A stretch of DNA of 64,000 nucleotides from Bacteroidia bacterium (lineage in GTDB: Bacteria; Bacteroidota; Bacteroidia; M30B66). Shown here piece after piece: positions 39,747-50,638 of this stretch. The notes under the pieces were generated by a model. That model made no database searches. It was not told where the DNA came from and saw only the letters and a program-made list of their open reading frames with translations. Position 1 is the stretch's first letter; each line of letters opens with the position of its first letter. The DNA lies in contig OZ257142.1 of the NCBI GenBank assembly GCA_965279035.1, positions 32,001-96,000 on the forward strand, in the 5' to 3' direction. The position numbers and the translations under genes are program-made.

Positions 39747-39773
39747 CAAAACGAAATTCAAAACACACGATAT

Positions 39774-40268
39774 ATGAAATTAGTCACCCCCGATTTTGGT
39801 TTGGTCATTTGGATGACCTTGACCTTTTTGACGGTGCTTTTTCTCTTGAGTAAATTCGCTTGGAAGCCGATTCTTAAAATGATCAGCGAACGCGAAAAAA
39901 CCATCGAAGATGCTTTACTCAGCGCTGAAAAGGCAAAACAAGAAATGGCTCGCTTAACTGCTAACAACGAAGCATTATTACGTGAAGCTCGTTCGGAGCG
40001 TGATGCGATGTTGAAAGAAGCGCGCGATACAAAAGATCAAATAATTAATGAAGCACGTTCAAGAGCAACAGTTGAAGCTGAACGCTTAATTGCAATTGCT
40101 CGTGAATCAATCAATAATGAGAAAATGGCTGCTGTTACCGAATTGAAAAATCAGGTTGCACAACTTTCTCTTCAAGTGGCTGAAAAGCTGGTAAAACAGC
40201 AATTATCAACTGATGAGAAACAGAAAGAGCTTGCCAATACCTTGATCTCAGAACTGAAATTGAACTGA
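39774..40268 (+). CDS. atpF: F0F1 ATP synthase subunit b
   Basis: PDFGL, TM helix, FAWKPI and coiled coil. Confidence 0.95.
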   Translation: MKLVTPDFGLVIWMTLTFLTVLFLLSKFAWKPILKMISEREKTIEDALLSAEKAKQEMARLTANNEALLREARSERDAMLKEARDTKDQIINEARSRATVEAERLIAIARESINNEKMAAVTELKNQVAQLSLQVAEKLVKQQLSTDEKQKELANTLISELKLN

Positions 40269-40275
40269 TCGAACC

Positions 40276-40836
40276 ATGCAGGACTCGAAAGCAGGCATAC
40301 GATACGCGAAGTCTCTCTTCCATTTAGCGCAAGAACGCAATGAAATTGAGGCTGTAAGTGCTGATATGGCACTAATCGACAAGACCATTCACGAAAACCC
40401 GGAACTTCGTTCGATGCTAAAAAGCCCGATTATCAAGTCGGACAAAAAAGCTTCGATCATGCGTGCAATATTCACTGCACATATTGGAACGACTACCGCT
40501 GCATTTCTTGAACTTATCATCAAGAAGCGTCGTGAAATGTTTATGGATTCGATTGCCCGTCAGTTTGTAATCCTTCATTTGGAAAACAACGGAATTGAAG
40601 AAGCTGTTTTAACCACTGCATTTAAAGTGGATGATAGTTTCCGTCAACGTATATTGGATTTGGTGATTAAGCATTCTAAGAACGACAAAGTTGTTTTGGA
40701 AGAGCGCATCGATCCAAGCATCATCGGAGGATTTGTTCTCCGTTTTGGTGACAACCAAATAGACACTAGCGTGGAGCGTGACATTGAGTTGTTGCGCCGC
40801 GAATTTGAAAAGAACCTTTACGTAAAAGAGTATTGA
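40276..40836 (+). CDS. atpH: F1 ATP synthase subunit delta
   Basis: RYAKSL and DPSIIGGF motifs; operon position. Confidence 0.95.
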   Translation: MQDSKAGIRYAKSLFHLAQERNEIEAVSADMALIDKTIHENPELRSMLKSPIIKSDKKASIMRAIFTAHIGTTTAAFLELIIKKRREMFMDSIARQFVILHLENNGIEEAVLTTAFKVDDSFRQRILDLVIKHSKNDKVVLEERIDPSIIGGFVLRFGDNQIDTSVERDIELLRREFEKNLYVKEY

Positions 40837-40873
40837 AAACCGTGGCGAAAGTCACACCCTCATAACACGAACA

Positions 40874-42457
40874 ATGGCTGAAATCAAACCCGCAGAAGTA
40901 TCTGCCATCCTGAAACAACAGCTGTCTGGTTTTACCACCGACGTGCAACTCGAAGAAGTGGGAACTGTTCTCCAAGTAGGAGACGGTATTGCCCGCATCT
41001 ACGGTCTTAACAATGTTCAAGCAGGAGAGCTTGTTGAATTCCCTAGCGGACTTCAAGGCATCGTATTGAACTTAGAAGAAGATAACGTAGGAGCTGTATT
41101 GCTGGGTAGTTCCAACAACATTAAAGAAGGAGACGTTGTAAAACGTACTCGCCGTATTGCTTCCATCAATGTTGGTGAAGGCATGCTTGGTCGCGTAGTA
41201 AATACACTAGGTGAACCAATCGACGGGAAAGGACCAATCAAAGGCGAACTTCTTGAAATGCCTCTAGAGCGCAAAGCTCCTGGGGTAATTTATCGTCAGC
41301 CGGTTACTGAACCACTTCAAACAGGTATCAAAGCGATTGATGCGATGATTCCAATTGGACGTGGTCAGCGTGAGTTGGTTATCGGTGACCGTCAGACTGG
41401 TAAAACAGCTGTGTGTATCGATACCATCATCAACCAAAAAGAATTCTACGAAGCAGGTGAGCCAGTATTCTGTATTTATGTTGCGATTGGACAAAAAGGT
41501 TCGACCGTTGCGAACATTGTGAAAACATTGGAAGAAAACGGCGCGATGGCATACACCGTGATCGTTTCTGCAACAGCTTCTGATCCTGCTCCAATGCAAT
41601 TCTACGCTCCATTTGCAGGTGTTGCAATTGGTGAGTACTTCCGCGATACAGGTCGTCCGGCATTGATCATTTACGATGATCTTTCTAAACAAGCTGTAGC
41701 TTACCGTGAGGTTTCTCTTCTACTTCGTCGTCCACCAGGACGTGAGGCATATCCAGGAGACGTATTCTACCTTCACAGTCGCTTACTTGAGCGTGCTGCA
41801 AAAATCAATGCTTCCGATTCTATCGCGCAGCAAATGAATGACCTTCCTCCTTCTCTTCAAGGAAAAGTAAAAGGTGGTGGTTCATTAACAGCACTTCCAA
41901 TTATCGAAACCCAAGCGGGTGACGTTTCTGCATACATCCCAACGAACGTAATTTCTATTACCGACGGACAGATTTTCTTGGAGTCGAACTTGTTTAATGC
42001 AGGTGTTCGTCCGGCAATTAACGTAGGTATTTCGGTATCACGTGTTGGAGGTAATGCGCAGATTAAGTCGATGAAGAAAGTGGCTGGTACCTTGAAACTT
42101 GACCAAGCGCAGTTCCGCGAATTGGAAGCGTTTGCTAAGTTCGGTTCTGACCTCGATGCAGCTACTAAATCTGTATTGGATAAAGGTTCCCGTAACGTGG
42201 AAATCTTGAAACAACCTCAGTACACTCCATTTAAAGTAGAAGAGCAAGTTGCGATCATTTTCGCTGGAGTAAAAGGACTTCTTCGTCCAGTTCCAGTGAA
42301 TAAAGTTCGTGAGTTTGAAACTGACTACTTAGCTATATTGAACACGCAGCATAAAGATGTATTAAATGCATTGAAAGCTGGGAAATTCGATGATAGCTTA
42401 ACAGATGTATTGACTAAAGTAGCCAACGATTTGGCAGCTCGTTATACCAAGAATTAA
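40874..42457 (+). CDS. atpA: F1 ATP synthase subunit alpha
   Basis: GDRQTGKT and [21 protein letters not shown] motifs. Confidence 0.98.
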   Translation: MAEIKPAEVSAILKQQLSGFTTDVQLEEVGTVLQVGDGIARIYGLNNVQAGELVEFPSGLQGIVLNLEEDNVGAVLLGSSNNIKEGDVVKRTRRIASINVGEGMLGRVVNTLGEPIDGKGPIKGELLEMPLERKAPGVIYRQPVTEPLQTGIKAIDAMIPIGRGQRELVIGDRQTGKTAVCIDTIINQKEFYEAGEPVFCIYVAIGQKGSTVANIVKTLEENGAMAYTVIVSATASDPAPMQFYAPFAGVAIGEYFRDTGRPALIIYDDLSKQAVAYREVSLLLRRPPGREAYPGDVFYLHSRLLERAAKINASDSIAQQMNDLPPSLQGKVKGGGSLTALPIIETQAGDVSAYIPTNVISITDGQIFLESNLFNAGVRPAINVGISVSRVGGNAQIKSMKKVAGTLKLDQAQFRELEAFAKFGSDLDAATKSVLDKGSRNVEILKQPQYTPFKVEEQVAIIFAGVKGLLRPVPVNKVREFETDYLAILNTQHKDVLNALKAGKFDDSLTDVLTKVANDLAARYTKN

Positions 42458-42475
42458 TCATTCAAAACCGGTCCG

Positions 42476-43363
42476 ATGGCCAATCTTAAAGAAGTCCGTA
42501 ACCGGATTGTTTCGGTAACTTCCACGATGCAGATTACGAGTGCCATGAAAATGGTATCGGCTGCAAAGTTACGCCGGGCGCAAGATGCTATTGTGCAGAT
42601 GCGTCCGTATGCGGAGAAGCTGAAAGATATCCTGGGTAACCTCAGCGGAAGTGTTGACGCAAGTGAAGGCGGCGCATATTCTGTTGAGCGTGATCCGAAA
42701 AAAGTTCTGATCATTTTGATCACGTCGAATCGTGGTTTGGCTGGAGCATTTAATACGAACGTATTGAAGATTGCTCGTCAGTTGATCACCGGTAAATATG
42801 CTGCTCAATTTGCTGCAGGAAACGTATCGTTTCTATGTATCGGAAAGAAAGCAAGCGATTACGTAACACGTAATAAATTCAACTTATATAGTTCGCACAA
42901 CGAATTATTCGAACGTTTAACATTCGATCGTGTATCGCCTGTTGCACAACGTGTAATGGATGCATTTGAGAATAAAGAATTTGATCGTGTTGAATTGGCT
43001 TATAATCGTTTCCGTAATGCAGCGGTTCAAGTTCCTACAGAAGAGCAATATTTACCTGTTGTTCGCACAGAGGATGCTGGAACTAACAAAAAGAACGCAG
43101 CTATCGATTATATTTTCGAGCCAGATAAAGCGACTATTGTTAACGAGTTGATTCCGAAATCGTTGAAGATTCAAATCTATAAAGCCATCCTCGACTCACA
43201 CGCAGCTGAGCATGGTGCACGTATGACGGCGATGAACAAAGCAACTGACAACGCACGTGATTTGATCAAAGAATTGAAATTGAGCTACAACAAAGCACGT
43301 CAAGCGGCTATTACCAACGAAATCTTGGAGATTGTTGGTGGAGCAGAAGCGCTGAACGGCTAA
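42476..43363 (+). CDS. atpG: F1 ATP synthase subunit gamma
   Basis: ITSAMKMVSAAK, RMTAM and RQAAITNEILE motifs. Confidence 0.98.
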   Translation: MANLKEVRNRIVSVTSTMQITSAMKMVSAAKLRRAQDAIVQMRPYAEKLKDILGNLSGSVDASEGGAYSVERDPKKVLIILITSNRGLAGAFNTNVLKIARQLITGKYAAQFAAGNVSFLCIGKKASDYVTRNKFNLYSSHNELFERLTFDRVSPVAQRVMDAFENKEFDRVELAYNRFRNAAVQVPTEEQYLPVVRTEDAGTNKKNAAIDYIFEPDKATIVNELIPKSLKIQIYKAILDSHAAEHGARMTAMNKATDNARDLIKELKLSYNKARQAAITNEILEIVGGAEALNG

Positions 43364-43386
43364 GCATCAATCAAAACTAAATTGAG

Positions 43387-43419
43387 AACGCATCTTCTGA
43401 AAAGGGGATGCGTTTTTTT
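43387..43419 (+). terminator. atp operon terminator
   Basis: AACGCATCTTCT-GAAA-AGGGGATGCGTTTTTTT. Confidence 0.85.
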
Positions 43420-43894
43420 ATTGGGGTTTTAGCTTTTGAATTCGGGTTAAATATTCTAAGTCTATTTGGTCTTTGCTACGATTTGTTGCTTTCTTGGCAA
43501 TTATCAAATGATTGAGATGAAGAAATCTAACGTGAAGTTCATCATTGAACTCAATAATTGAGGCGCTTTTATAACACTCATCGAAAGTCGAGTCTTCCAA
43601 TCCAAGAATTTGAGTCATAAAGTCTATTTCGATTCCGGCTGCATAGAAGCTAGTCCAGCCGGGAATGAATTGCATTGTTTCAATCTCTTCAAAATCTCCG
43701 TATCCTAGTTGAAAGAAAGCACTTCTCAAATTCTTTCGATTTATGAGCGTATCCTCTATCCAAACATCTAAGTCGTCGGTGCTGCGATTATATCCATGAA
43801 ATCTGACTGCTACCCCACCGACCAAAATATATCGAACATTGAAATGATTGAGAGTGCTCCAGAAATCCAAAAGCCCTTGATCCATCGCATCCAT
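43418..43894 (-). CDS. Nucleotidyltransferase-fold protein
   Basis: YILVGGVAV..HG..RSTDDLD and K...RSKDQID motifs. Confidence 0.75.
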   Translation of the reverse strand: MDAMDQGLLDFWSTLNHFNVRYILVGGVAVRFHGYNRSTDDLDVWIEDTLINRKNLRSAFFQLGYGDFEEIETMQFIPGWTSFYAAGIEIDFMTQILGLEDSTFDECYKSASIIEFNDELHVRFLHLNHLIIAKKATNRSKDQIDLEYLTRIQKLKPQ

Positions 43895-43901
43895 AGCCCT
43901 G

Positions 43902-44111
43902 TTACTTTTTAATAAGAGCTTTCTTAAACATACGCTCTCTCCGAATCATTTGTGTAAATAACATAAGCTTTTCTAAGGGCGGGCGATTCATATCACGGAG
44001 TAGGCGATCATCTTCTGATTCATGAACAAATCCTGCACGCTTTGAGTTATCAGGATTGTAGGGAACCTGAAAATCATTTGCCTGATTGCTTGATGTTGGA
44101 TCGTCGAACAT
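43902..44111 (-). CDS. Small hypothetical protein upstream of the nucleotidyltransferase (candidate antitoxin-like partner)
   Basis: ATG 44111, ~69 aa, helical C-terminus, ends 7 nt before the NTase start. Confidence 0.5.
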   Translation of the reverse strand: MFDDPTSSNQANDFQVPYNPDNSKRAGFVHESEDDRLLRDMNRPPLEKLMLFTQMIRRERMFKKALIKK

Positions 44112-44200
44112 GATGGTACAAATTACGAAATAATATGTACTTAAACGAATTAGTGGGTTTCTCATTAGAAGAGAAATCGAACTAGATTAGAAAAAGCACG

Positions 44201-44258
44201 TTGACCTCACCCCTTACCTTCTCTGCCTCATAGTGCTCCCTTTGGGAAGGAGAGGGGA
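44201..44258 (+). repeat. Solo degenerate copy of the leuS-insertion terminal palindromic repeat
   Basis: TTGACCTCACCCCTTACCTTCTCT...GGAGAGGGGA versus TGACCTCACCCCTAGCCCCTCTCC...GGAGAGGGG at 48101. Confidence 0.75.
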
Positions 44259-44335
44259 AGGATTCTCTGATGATTTTTTGAATGCGACGAATAAACTTTA
44301 TATCGTAGTGTTAACTAAATATTCATTCTTAGAAA

Positions 44336-44403
44336 AAGCGGCAACGATTGAGTGGATTGCCCGGACGAAGGAGGACAAGGAGCGAAAGCGTGTTCGTCCG
44401 CCC
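44336..44403 (+). repeat. Structured intergenic repeat (same family as 29656-29746)
   Basis: ACGATTGAGTGGATTGCCCGGACGAAGGA versus ACGGTTGAGGCGGATAGCCCGCACGAAGGA; CGGACGAA...TTCGTCCG stem. Confidence 0.6.
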
Positions 44404-44409
44404 AAAAAA

Positions 44410-45114
44410 CTATACTTCTGTTGTTCGGATTTCGGCTGTAAACTGCTCTATTGTCTGAGCATTTTCTATATCATGTGGGCCAATAGCCGTGCGGCAAAGT
44501 TTGGATAGATATGCACCTGATTGGAGCGCTAGTCCAAAGTCGCGGGCGAGAGATCGGATATAGGTTCCTTTGGTACATTCTACCCGGAAATCGACTTCGG
44601 GTAAGGCAATTCGGGTGATTTCGAATGCGGTGATTTCGATGCTGGAAGTTTTCATCTTCACATCTTTCCCAGCGCGAGCTAATTCATAAGCACGTTCGCC
44701 ATCGATTTTCTTTGCAGAGAAAACTGGAGGTTCTTGGTCGTGTATGCCGATGAAGTTTTTTGCTACTTCATGGATCATTTCCTCCGTAATGTGGGATGTG
44801 GGAAAATGTTGATCTACTTCCTTTTCTAAATCGAAGGAAACGGTAGTCCCGCCGAGCGTAAACGTGCCAGTATATGTTTTAGGTAAGCCCTGAAATGTGT
44901 CGATTTGCTTGGTGAATTTGCCGGTGCAAATTAGCATCAAGCCAGTAGCCAATGGATCGAGTGTGCCAGCATGTCCAACTTTTATCGACATCCGTTTTAG
45001 CTTATAATGCTTTTCGATGGCAAAACGAACTTTATTAACGAGGTCGAAAGAAGTCCAGCCGAGTGGTTTATCGAAAAGAAGAAGTTTCCCAGCGTGGAAA
45101 GGGGATTCGCTCAT
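44410..45114 (-). CDS. truB: tRNA pseudouridine(55) synthase
   Basis: [22 protein letters not shown] and [11 protein letters not shown] motifs; start overlaps the uppP stop. Confidence 0.96.
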   Translation of the reverse strand: MSESPFHAGKLLLFDKPLGWTSFDLVNKVRFAIEKHYKLKRMSIKVGHAGTLDPLATGLMLICTGKFTKQIDTFQGLPKTYTGTFTLGGTTVSFDLEKEVDQHFPTSHITEEMIHEVAKNFIGIHDQEPPVFSAKKIDGERAYELARAGKDVKMKTSSIEITAFEITRIALPEVDFRVECTKGTYIRSLARDFGLALQSGAYLSKLCRTAIGPHDIENAQTIEQFTAEIRTTEV

Positions 45115-45902
45115 ACAACAGAAAGATTGACTCCTGCAGCGAGCAGAATTAGAATGATAGCGCCCACTACAATGCGATACCAACCAAAAAGACGAAATCC
45201 GTGTTTAGTTAGGAACCCGATAAAGAAGCGGATAGCCAATAAAGCAACGATGAATGCTACCACATTCCCGAAAAGAAGAATGCTCAAATTATCGGTTATG
45301 ACAGTTGGATCGCCTTTGAGGAAAACCTTGAGCAGTTTATATCCGGATGCTGCAGCCATGGTAGGAACTGCAAGGAAAAAAGAAAATTCTGCGGCTGTTT
45401 TACGCGAAAGTCCTTGAGTCATTCCTCCAATGATAGTTGCCGCCGAACGCGAAACCCCTGGAATTAGAGCAATACACTGGAAAAGCCCAATAAATAATGC
45501 TGATTGATTGGTGACTTGTGTAGGTGAATCTTCGGTTTTAAACCAGTTATCGACGAACAGTAAAGCAACACCACCAATTAAAAGGGTGATTCCTACAACT
45601 AATGGACTTTCGAGCATGAAATCGATGGCATCACCTGCCAATAATCCAATGATTGCAGCGGGGAAAAATGCGATTCCTAGTTTGATGTAAAAAGGAATGT
45701 CTTGAAGAAAACGTTTCCAATAAAGAAGGAGAACCGAGAGAATGGCTCCAAACTGAATGTTTACGGTAAAGAGCTTCACGAATTCGTCGGAATCCATGCC
45801 GAGCAAAGCCTGAGTAATGACCATGTGACCAGTAGAGGACACGGGTAAAAACTCAGTTAGTCCTTCCACCACCGCGATGATGAAGGCTTCCAGAATAGTC
45901 AT
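45111..45902 (-). CDS. uppP: Undecaprenyl-diphosphate phosphatase
   Basis: [14 protein letters not shown] and PGVSRS motifs. Confidence 0.96.
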   Translation of the reverse strand: MTILEAFIIAVVEGLTEFLPVSSTGHMVITQALLGMDSDEFVKLFTVNIQFGAILSVLLLYWKRFLQDIPFYIKLGIAFFPAAIIGLLAGDAIDFMLESPLVVGITLLIGGVALLFVDNWFKTEDSPTQVTNQSALFIGLFQCIALIPGVSRSAATIIGGMTQGLSRKTAAEFSFFLAVPTMAAASGYKLLKVFLKGDPTVITDNLSILLFGNVVAFIVALLAIRFFIGFLTKHGFRLFGWYRIVVGAIILILLAAGVNLSVV

Positions 45903-45908
45903 CCGGAA

Positions 45909-46154
45909 TTAGTTTTTGGGTTTGTAGAGAATAGCGAACACTTCGATTGCAAAACCAATCAGAACTACGATTGGTGCAACAGTGATACGTTGTGTATTAA
46001 AAATTTCGGGGTTAAAGACATTAGGATCTTTAGAACCTCCGCCAACCATGAGCAGGAAACCAACGAGAATTACTAGAATTCCTGCAAGCATGATTTTATA
46101 ATTCATCGGGCTGAATGCAAACCCTTTCTGATTGTTGTCTTTTTCGGTGCTCAT
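45909..46154 (-). CDS. DUF3098 family membrane protein
   Basis: Two TM segments, NYKIML..GF..M..G..FN..RITVAP; sits in the usual ftsX-uppP context. Confidence 0.85.
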   Translation of the reverse strand: MSTEKDNNQKGFAFSPMNYKIMLAGILVILVGFLLMVGGGSKDPNVFNPEIFNTQRITVAPIVVLIGFAIEVFAILYKPKN

Positions 46155-46163
46155 CTGTAAGGC

Positions 46164-47039
46164 TTAATACAGTGAATCTGTTTTGAGATGCAAGTATTTT
46201 CGGACTGCAAAGAAAGTACAAATCCACGACAATCCGATACCTCCCAAAAGTATCCCTCCGGCTAAAATACCAAGTAAGTTAAAGTCGCGCAGAGGCTTGA
46301 GTTCAGGGATTTGTTGTTCTCCTAAATACAGCATTCCTGCTAATAAGTGAATGGCTAAAATTCCACCAGCAAAACCTTGAATGAAACTAGCTCGAAGAAA
46401 TGGTCCACGAATAAATCCTCGAGTGGCGCCAACAAGCTGCATGGTTCGAATGAGCAGTCGCTTGGAGTATATGGAAAGTCGGATAGTATTGTTAATTAGC
46501 GTTACCGCGATAAATGTTAGAATAGCTGAGAAAGCCAAGAAGAACCAACTCAATTTGCGCATATTATCGATGATTTGGTTGATTAGATTTCTAGGATAAT
46601 CAACCTGAGCAACAAGCGGATTTGTCAGCCATTCTTTTTCAATCTTTTGGAAATCACTTTCGTTCGTGAAATTCACTTTAAATCGCACATCGATTGAAGC
46701 AGGAAGCGGATTGTATCCAAGGAAATCGACAAATTCTTCCCCCAAATCTTTCTGAAATTCATCTGCAGCTTGAGCACGCGTGATAAAGGTGGTCGATTTT
46801 ACGTATGGTTGTGTATCAAGCTCTTGTTTGAATGCAAGGATTTGAGCATCGTCAACTGAATCGCGAAAGAAAACCGAAACCTGAAACGATTCCCGTGTGG
46901 TGTCGGAAAGTTTTTTGGCATCGACGAGGAGTAGTCCGAGCAAACCGAGCATGAACAATACCATGGCGATGCTCACCACAGAAGTGATGTAAGAGGCGCG
47001 AATTCGACGGCGGTTGAACTGATTTTCGTTACTGGACAT
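46164..47039 (-). CDS. ftsX: Cell division permease-like protein FtsX
   Basis: GYNPLP, INNTIRLSIYSKR and MQLVGAT motifs; TATATTTG box at 47058-47065 supports the ATG 47039 start. Confidence 0.92.
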   Translation of the reverse strand: MSSNENQFNRRRIRASYITSVVSIAMVLFMLGLLGLLLVDAKKLSDTTRESFQVSVFFRDSVDDAQILAFKQELDTQPYVKSTTFITRAQAADEFQKDLGEEFVDFLGYNPLPASIDVRFKVNFTNESDFQKIEKEWLTNPLVAQVDYPRNLINQIIDNMRKLSWFFLAFSAILTFIAVTLINNTIRLSIYSKRLLIRTMQLVGATRGFIRGPFLRASFIQGFAGGILAIHLLAGMLYLGEQQIPELKPLRDFNLLGILAGGILLGGIGLSWICTFFAVRKYLHLKTDSLY

Positions 47040-47219
47040 GAACTTGGAAACAAAGGCCAAATATACAGATGCAAAAGGCGAACTGAATGGGTGTTTTGGT
47101 CATCTTTCAACAGGATGATGAACAGAAAATGTGGACAAGTGTGAGGAATTGAACTTGTAACAAAGATTCGCCTGTGCTTTTGTAACTTCGCCGCTTCATT
47201 AAAATACCCCGATTCCCTG

Positions 47220-50200
47220 ATGGAGCCGAATTTCCGCGCGATTGAAAAAAAGTGGCAACAAACCTGGAAAGATGAGAAGCGTTATAAGACGAACATCGAT
47301 CTTTCTAAGCCCAAGTATTATGTGCTCGATATGTTTCCTTACCCATCGGGTGCTGGATTACATGTTGGACATCCGCTCGGATATATCGCATCAGATATCG
47401 TTTCGCGTTACAAGCGTCTGAAAGGATTTAATGTATTGCACCCTATGGGCTTTGATGCCTTTGGTTTACCTGCTGAGCAGTATGCTATTCAAACAGGTCG
47501 ACACCCAGCCGATACGACTGCCGAAAACATTGCTCGCTATAAAGAACAGCTAGGAAACATTGGCTTTTGTTACGATTGGGACAGAGAAGTTATTACTTCA
47601 GATCCAAGCTATCACAAATGGACACAATGGATTTTTCTTCAATTGTTTGGATGTTGGTTCAATTTAGAAAGCCAGAAAGCAGAAGACATTTCCAAGCTTG
47701 AAGCATTGTTTGCCAAAGGAGGAAGTGCTGCTGCAAAAGGAGCTTGCGGAGAACATGCCCCATTTAGTGCTGCAGAATGGAATGCCATGAACGAAGCTGA
47801 TAAGCGTGGAATTTTAATGCAGTATCGTTTGGCTTACCAAGATTTTAGCACCGTGAACTGGTGTGAAGCTTTGGGAACTGTATTGGCAAATGATGAAGTG
47901 AAAGATGGCTTGAGTGAACGTGGCGGACATCCCGTTGAAAAACGTCGGATGCGTCAATGGTTTTTACGCATTACAGCCTATGCTGAACGATTACTCAACG
48001 ATTTGGAGACACTCGAGTGGACCGATTCGATGAAGGAAATGCAGCGTAACTGGATTGGGAAATCGGAAGGAGCAAGTATTCGTTTTGAAGTTGCATCCGA
48101 TGACCTCACCCCTAGCCCCTCTCCGCGGGAGAGGGGGATGGATTCCGGTGTTGTTTCAGAGCCCGGGGTTGAATACCATCATGCAAACTCAAGTCAATGG
48201 AAACTTTTAATTCCACGTGCTAAGGAGATGAGGTCGAATATGACTGAATCTGAAAAAGCACTTTGGGAAGCACTTAGGAATTCTGCGATTGGATTGAAAT
48301 TCAGAAGGCAACATATTATTGATCAATTCATTGTTGATTTTGTTTGTCTTTCAAAAATGCTCGTTGTTGAAATTGATGGTAAAATTCATGACAATCAGAA
48401 GGAGTATGATGAAGGTAGAACAGCTGAATTAAATCGTTTAGGATTTGAAGTGATTCGTTTTGAAAATGAGGAGCTTGCAGAAAATCTTAGTGTTGTAGTT
48501 GATAAAATAAAATCAATCTGCGAATCTCGCCCTACAAGTACAATTGGAAATGACGCAATTTCAGTTGTAGAAGAATCTCAAGAAGAATACACTGCATCTC
48601 TCCCCTCTCCCCGAGGAGAGGGGTCGGGGGTGAGGTCAACAATGACCGATAAAACCAAAGTATCCCAAAATAAAAACGCAATTGATAGCAATCTCGAAAA
48701 TTCTCTCCCCTCTCCTCGAGGAGAGGGGCCGGGGCTGAGGTCAAAACACATTATTGAAGTCTTCACCACTCGTCCCGATACTATTTTTGGTGTTAGCTTT
48801 TTAACCCTTGCGCCCGAGCATGAATTGGTGTCGGTAATTACTACTGACGCGCAACGCGATGCTGTAAATGCCTATGTTGAAGTAGCTAAAAATAGAAGTG
48901 AACGTGAACGCATGGCTGATGTAAAACGCATCAGCGGGGAATTCACCGGAGCGTATGTTCTTCATCCATTTACAGGAGCTAAAATTCCGGTTTGGGTGGG
49001 CGATTATGTGTTGGCAGGATATGGAACCGGAGCGGTGATGGCTGTTCCTGCTGGCGATCAACGCGACTGGGATTTTGCAAAACATTTCAACCTTCCTATT
49101 CCTGTAATAAACGAAGGCGTTGATATTTCGGAAGCTGCTAATCCTACCAAGGAAGCAAAGATGATAAATTCTGATTTCCTCAATGGATTAACTGGATACG
49201 AAGCCTTGAAGAAAGCCATTGCTATTATTGAGGAACGAGGATTTGGAAAAGGAAAAGTGAATTATCGCTTGCGAGATGCTGGATTTAGTCGCCAACGCTA
49301 TTGGGGAGAGCCTTTCCCTATTGTGTATCGCGATGGTGTTGCTTATCCGCTTGCTGAAAACGAATTGCCTTTGGAATTGCCTGTGATGGCCGATTTCAAA
49401 CCGACTGGACAGCCCGAAAGTCCTTTGACCAAAGTGCCAGAATGGGTGAATGTACCGTCTGGAACACGTGAAACGGATACTATGCCGGGTTATGCAGGTT
49501 CTTCTTGGTATTTCTTGCGTTATATGGATCCGCAAAACAACACACGTTTTGTAGGAAGAGAAGCGGAAGAATATTGGCAAGATGTGGATTTATACATTGG
49601 CGGAACAGAGCATGCTGTTGGACATTTATTGTATGCACGTTTCTGGCAAAAATTCTTGTTTGATCGTGGGGAAGTGAGTAAAAACGAGCCATTCCGCAAA
49701 TTGATTAATCAAGGGATGATTTTGGGGCGTTCGAATTTTGTTTATCAGATAGTAGGTACATCCAAGTTCATTTCGAAAGATATGCTCGACGAATTCAAGG
49801 ATGAAAAAATCCTGCAAACGCACGTGGATGTGAACATAGTGCAGAATGATTTATTGAACCTCAACTCATTTAAAGCTTGGCGAGATGAAAATGCTCAAGC
49901 TGAATTTGTCTTGAATGCAGAAGGCAATTATGTGTGCGGTGTCGAGGTCGAGAAAATGTCGAAGTCGAAGTACAATGTGGTAAATCCTGACGATATCATC
50001 AATGATTACGGTGCGGATACCTTGCGATTATATGAGATGTTTTTGGGACCATTGGAGCAATTCAAACCATGGAATACCAATGGAATTGAAGGTGTTTATC
50101 GCTTCTTGAAAAAGTTGTGGAATTTGTACTTCGATGTGAATGGGCAGGTGAAACTAAGTGATGAAGCGCCAACAGAATCGGAGTTGCGCACCCTACATAA

Positions 50201-50636
50201 AACCATTCGTAAAGTAGAAGAAGACATTGAAAAATTCTCCTTCAATACTTCGGTGAGTGTGTTTATGATTTGTGTAAATGAACTAAGCGAACAAAAGTGT
50301 CGCAAACGCTCGATCCTTAAGGATTTAAGTATCATTATCGCACCCTATGCTCCTCACATGGCTGAAGAGTTATGGCAAGCTTGCGGTGGAGCTGGATCGG
50401 TTGTAGATGCTCAATTTCCGAAATGGAATGAGAGTTTCATCAAAGAAAGCTCGATCGCTTATCCAGTTGCATTCAATGGAAAAGTACGTTACCAAATTCA
50501 GGTAGCTGCCGATATGCCACAGGCTGAAGTACAAGCCTTAGCTTTAAGTCACGAAGATGCGGCTAAATGGTTACCTGAAGGCGGACCTAAGAAAGTGATA
50601 GTTGTTCCAGGAAGAATGGTAAACGTGGTGATTTAA
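47220..50636 (+). CDS. leuS: Leucine--tRNA ligase with an in-frame DUF559 insertion
   Basis: [31 protein letters not shown] and KMSKS motifs; ~214 extra residues between WIGKSEG..FEV and [10 protein letters not shown]. Confidence 0.96.
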   Translation: MEPNFRAIEKKWQQTWKDEKRYKTNIDLSKPKYYVLDMFPYPSGAGLHVGHPLGYIASDIVSRYKRLKGFNVLHPMGFDAFGLPAEQYAIQTGRHPADTTAENIARYKEQLGNIGFCYDWDREVITSDPSYHKWTQWIFLQLFGCWFNLESQKAEDISKLEALFAKGGSAAAKGACGEHAPFSAAEWNAMNEADKRGILMQYRLAYQDFSTVNWCEALGTVLANDEVKDGLSERGGHPVEKRRMRQWFLRITAYAERLLNDLETLEWTDSMKEMQRNWIGKSEGASIRFEVASDDLTPSPSPRERGMDSGVVSEPGVEYHHANSSQWKLLIPRAKEMRSNMTESEKALWEALRNSAIGLKFRRQHIIDQFIVDFVCLSKMLVVEIDGKIHDNQKEYDEGRTAELNRLGFEVIRFENEELAENLSVVVDKIKSICESRPTSTIGNDAISVVEESQEEYTASLPSPRGEGSGVRSTMTDKTKVSQNKNAIDSNLENSLPSPRGEGPGLRSKHIIEVFTTRPDTIFGVSFLTLAPEHELVSVITTDAQRDAVNAYVEVAKNRSERERMADVKRISGEFTGAYVLHPFTGAKIPVWVGDYVLAGYGTGAVMAVPAGDQRDWDFAKHFNLPIPVINEGVDISEAANPTKEAKMINSDFLNGLTGYEALKKAIAIIEERGFGKGKVNYRLRDAGFSRQRYWGEPFPIVYRDGVAYPLAENELPLELPVMADFKPTGQPESPLTKVPEWVNVPSGTRETDTMPGYAGSSWYFLRYMDPQNNTRFVGREAEEYWQDVDLYIGGTEHAVGHLLYARFWQKFLFDRGEVSKNEPFRKLINQGMILGRSNFVYQIVGTSKFISKDMLDEFKDEKILQTHVDVNIVQNDLLNLNSFKAWRDENAQAEFVLNAEGNYVCGVEVEKMSKSKYNVVNPDDIINDYGADTLRLYEMFLGPLEQFKPWNTNGIEGVYRFLKKLWNLYFDVNGQVKLSDEAPTESELRTLHKTIRKVEEDIEKFSFNTSVSVFMICVNELSEQKCRKRSILKDLSIIIAPYAPHMAEELWQACGGAGSVVDAQFPKWNESFIKESSIAYPVAFNGKVRYQIQVAADMPQAEVQALALSHEDAAKWLPEGGPKKVIVVPGRMVNVVI
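48101..48743 (+). mobile_element. Putative selfish element: DUF559 (Vsr-like) endonuclease flanked by palindromic inverted repeats, in frame inside leuS
   Basis: Left repeat 48101-48136, inverted right repeats 48597-48638 and 48702-48743. Core reads [46 protein letters not shown]. Confidence 0.75.
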
Positions 50637-50638
50637 AC

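Noticed and set aside
38174-43363. atp operon lacking atpD and atpC
   Set aside because: The split operon is the usual Bacteroidota arrangement.
44233-44508. 91-aa plus-strand ORF and other short antisense or nested ORFs in the track
   Set aside because: They overlap repeats or well-supported genes and carry no recognisable motifs.
48101-48743. Intein or group I/II intron in leuS
   Set aside because: No intein-like N-terminal splicing block, no His-Asn terminus, no HINT motifs and no intron core or RT; the ends are DNA palindromes instead.
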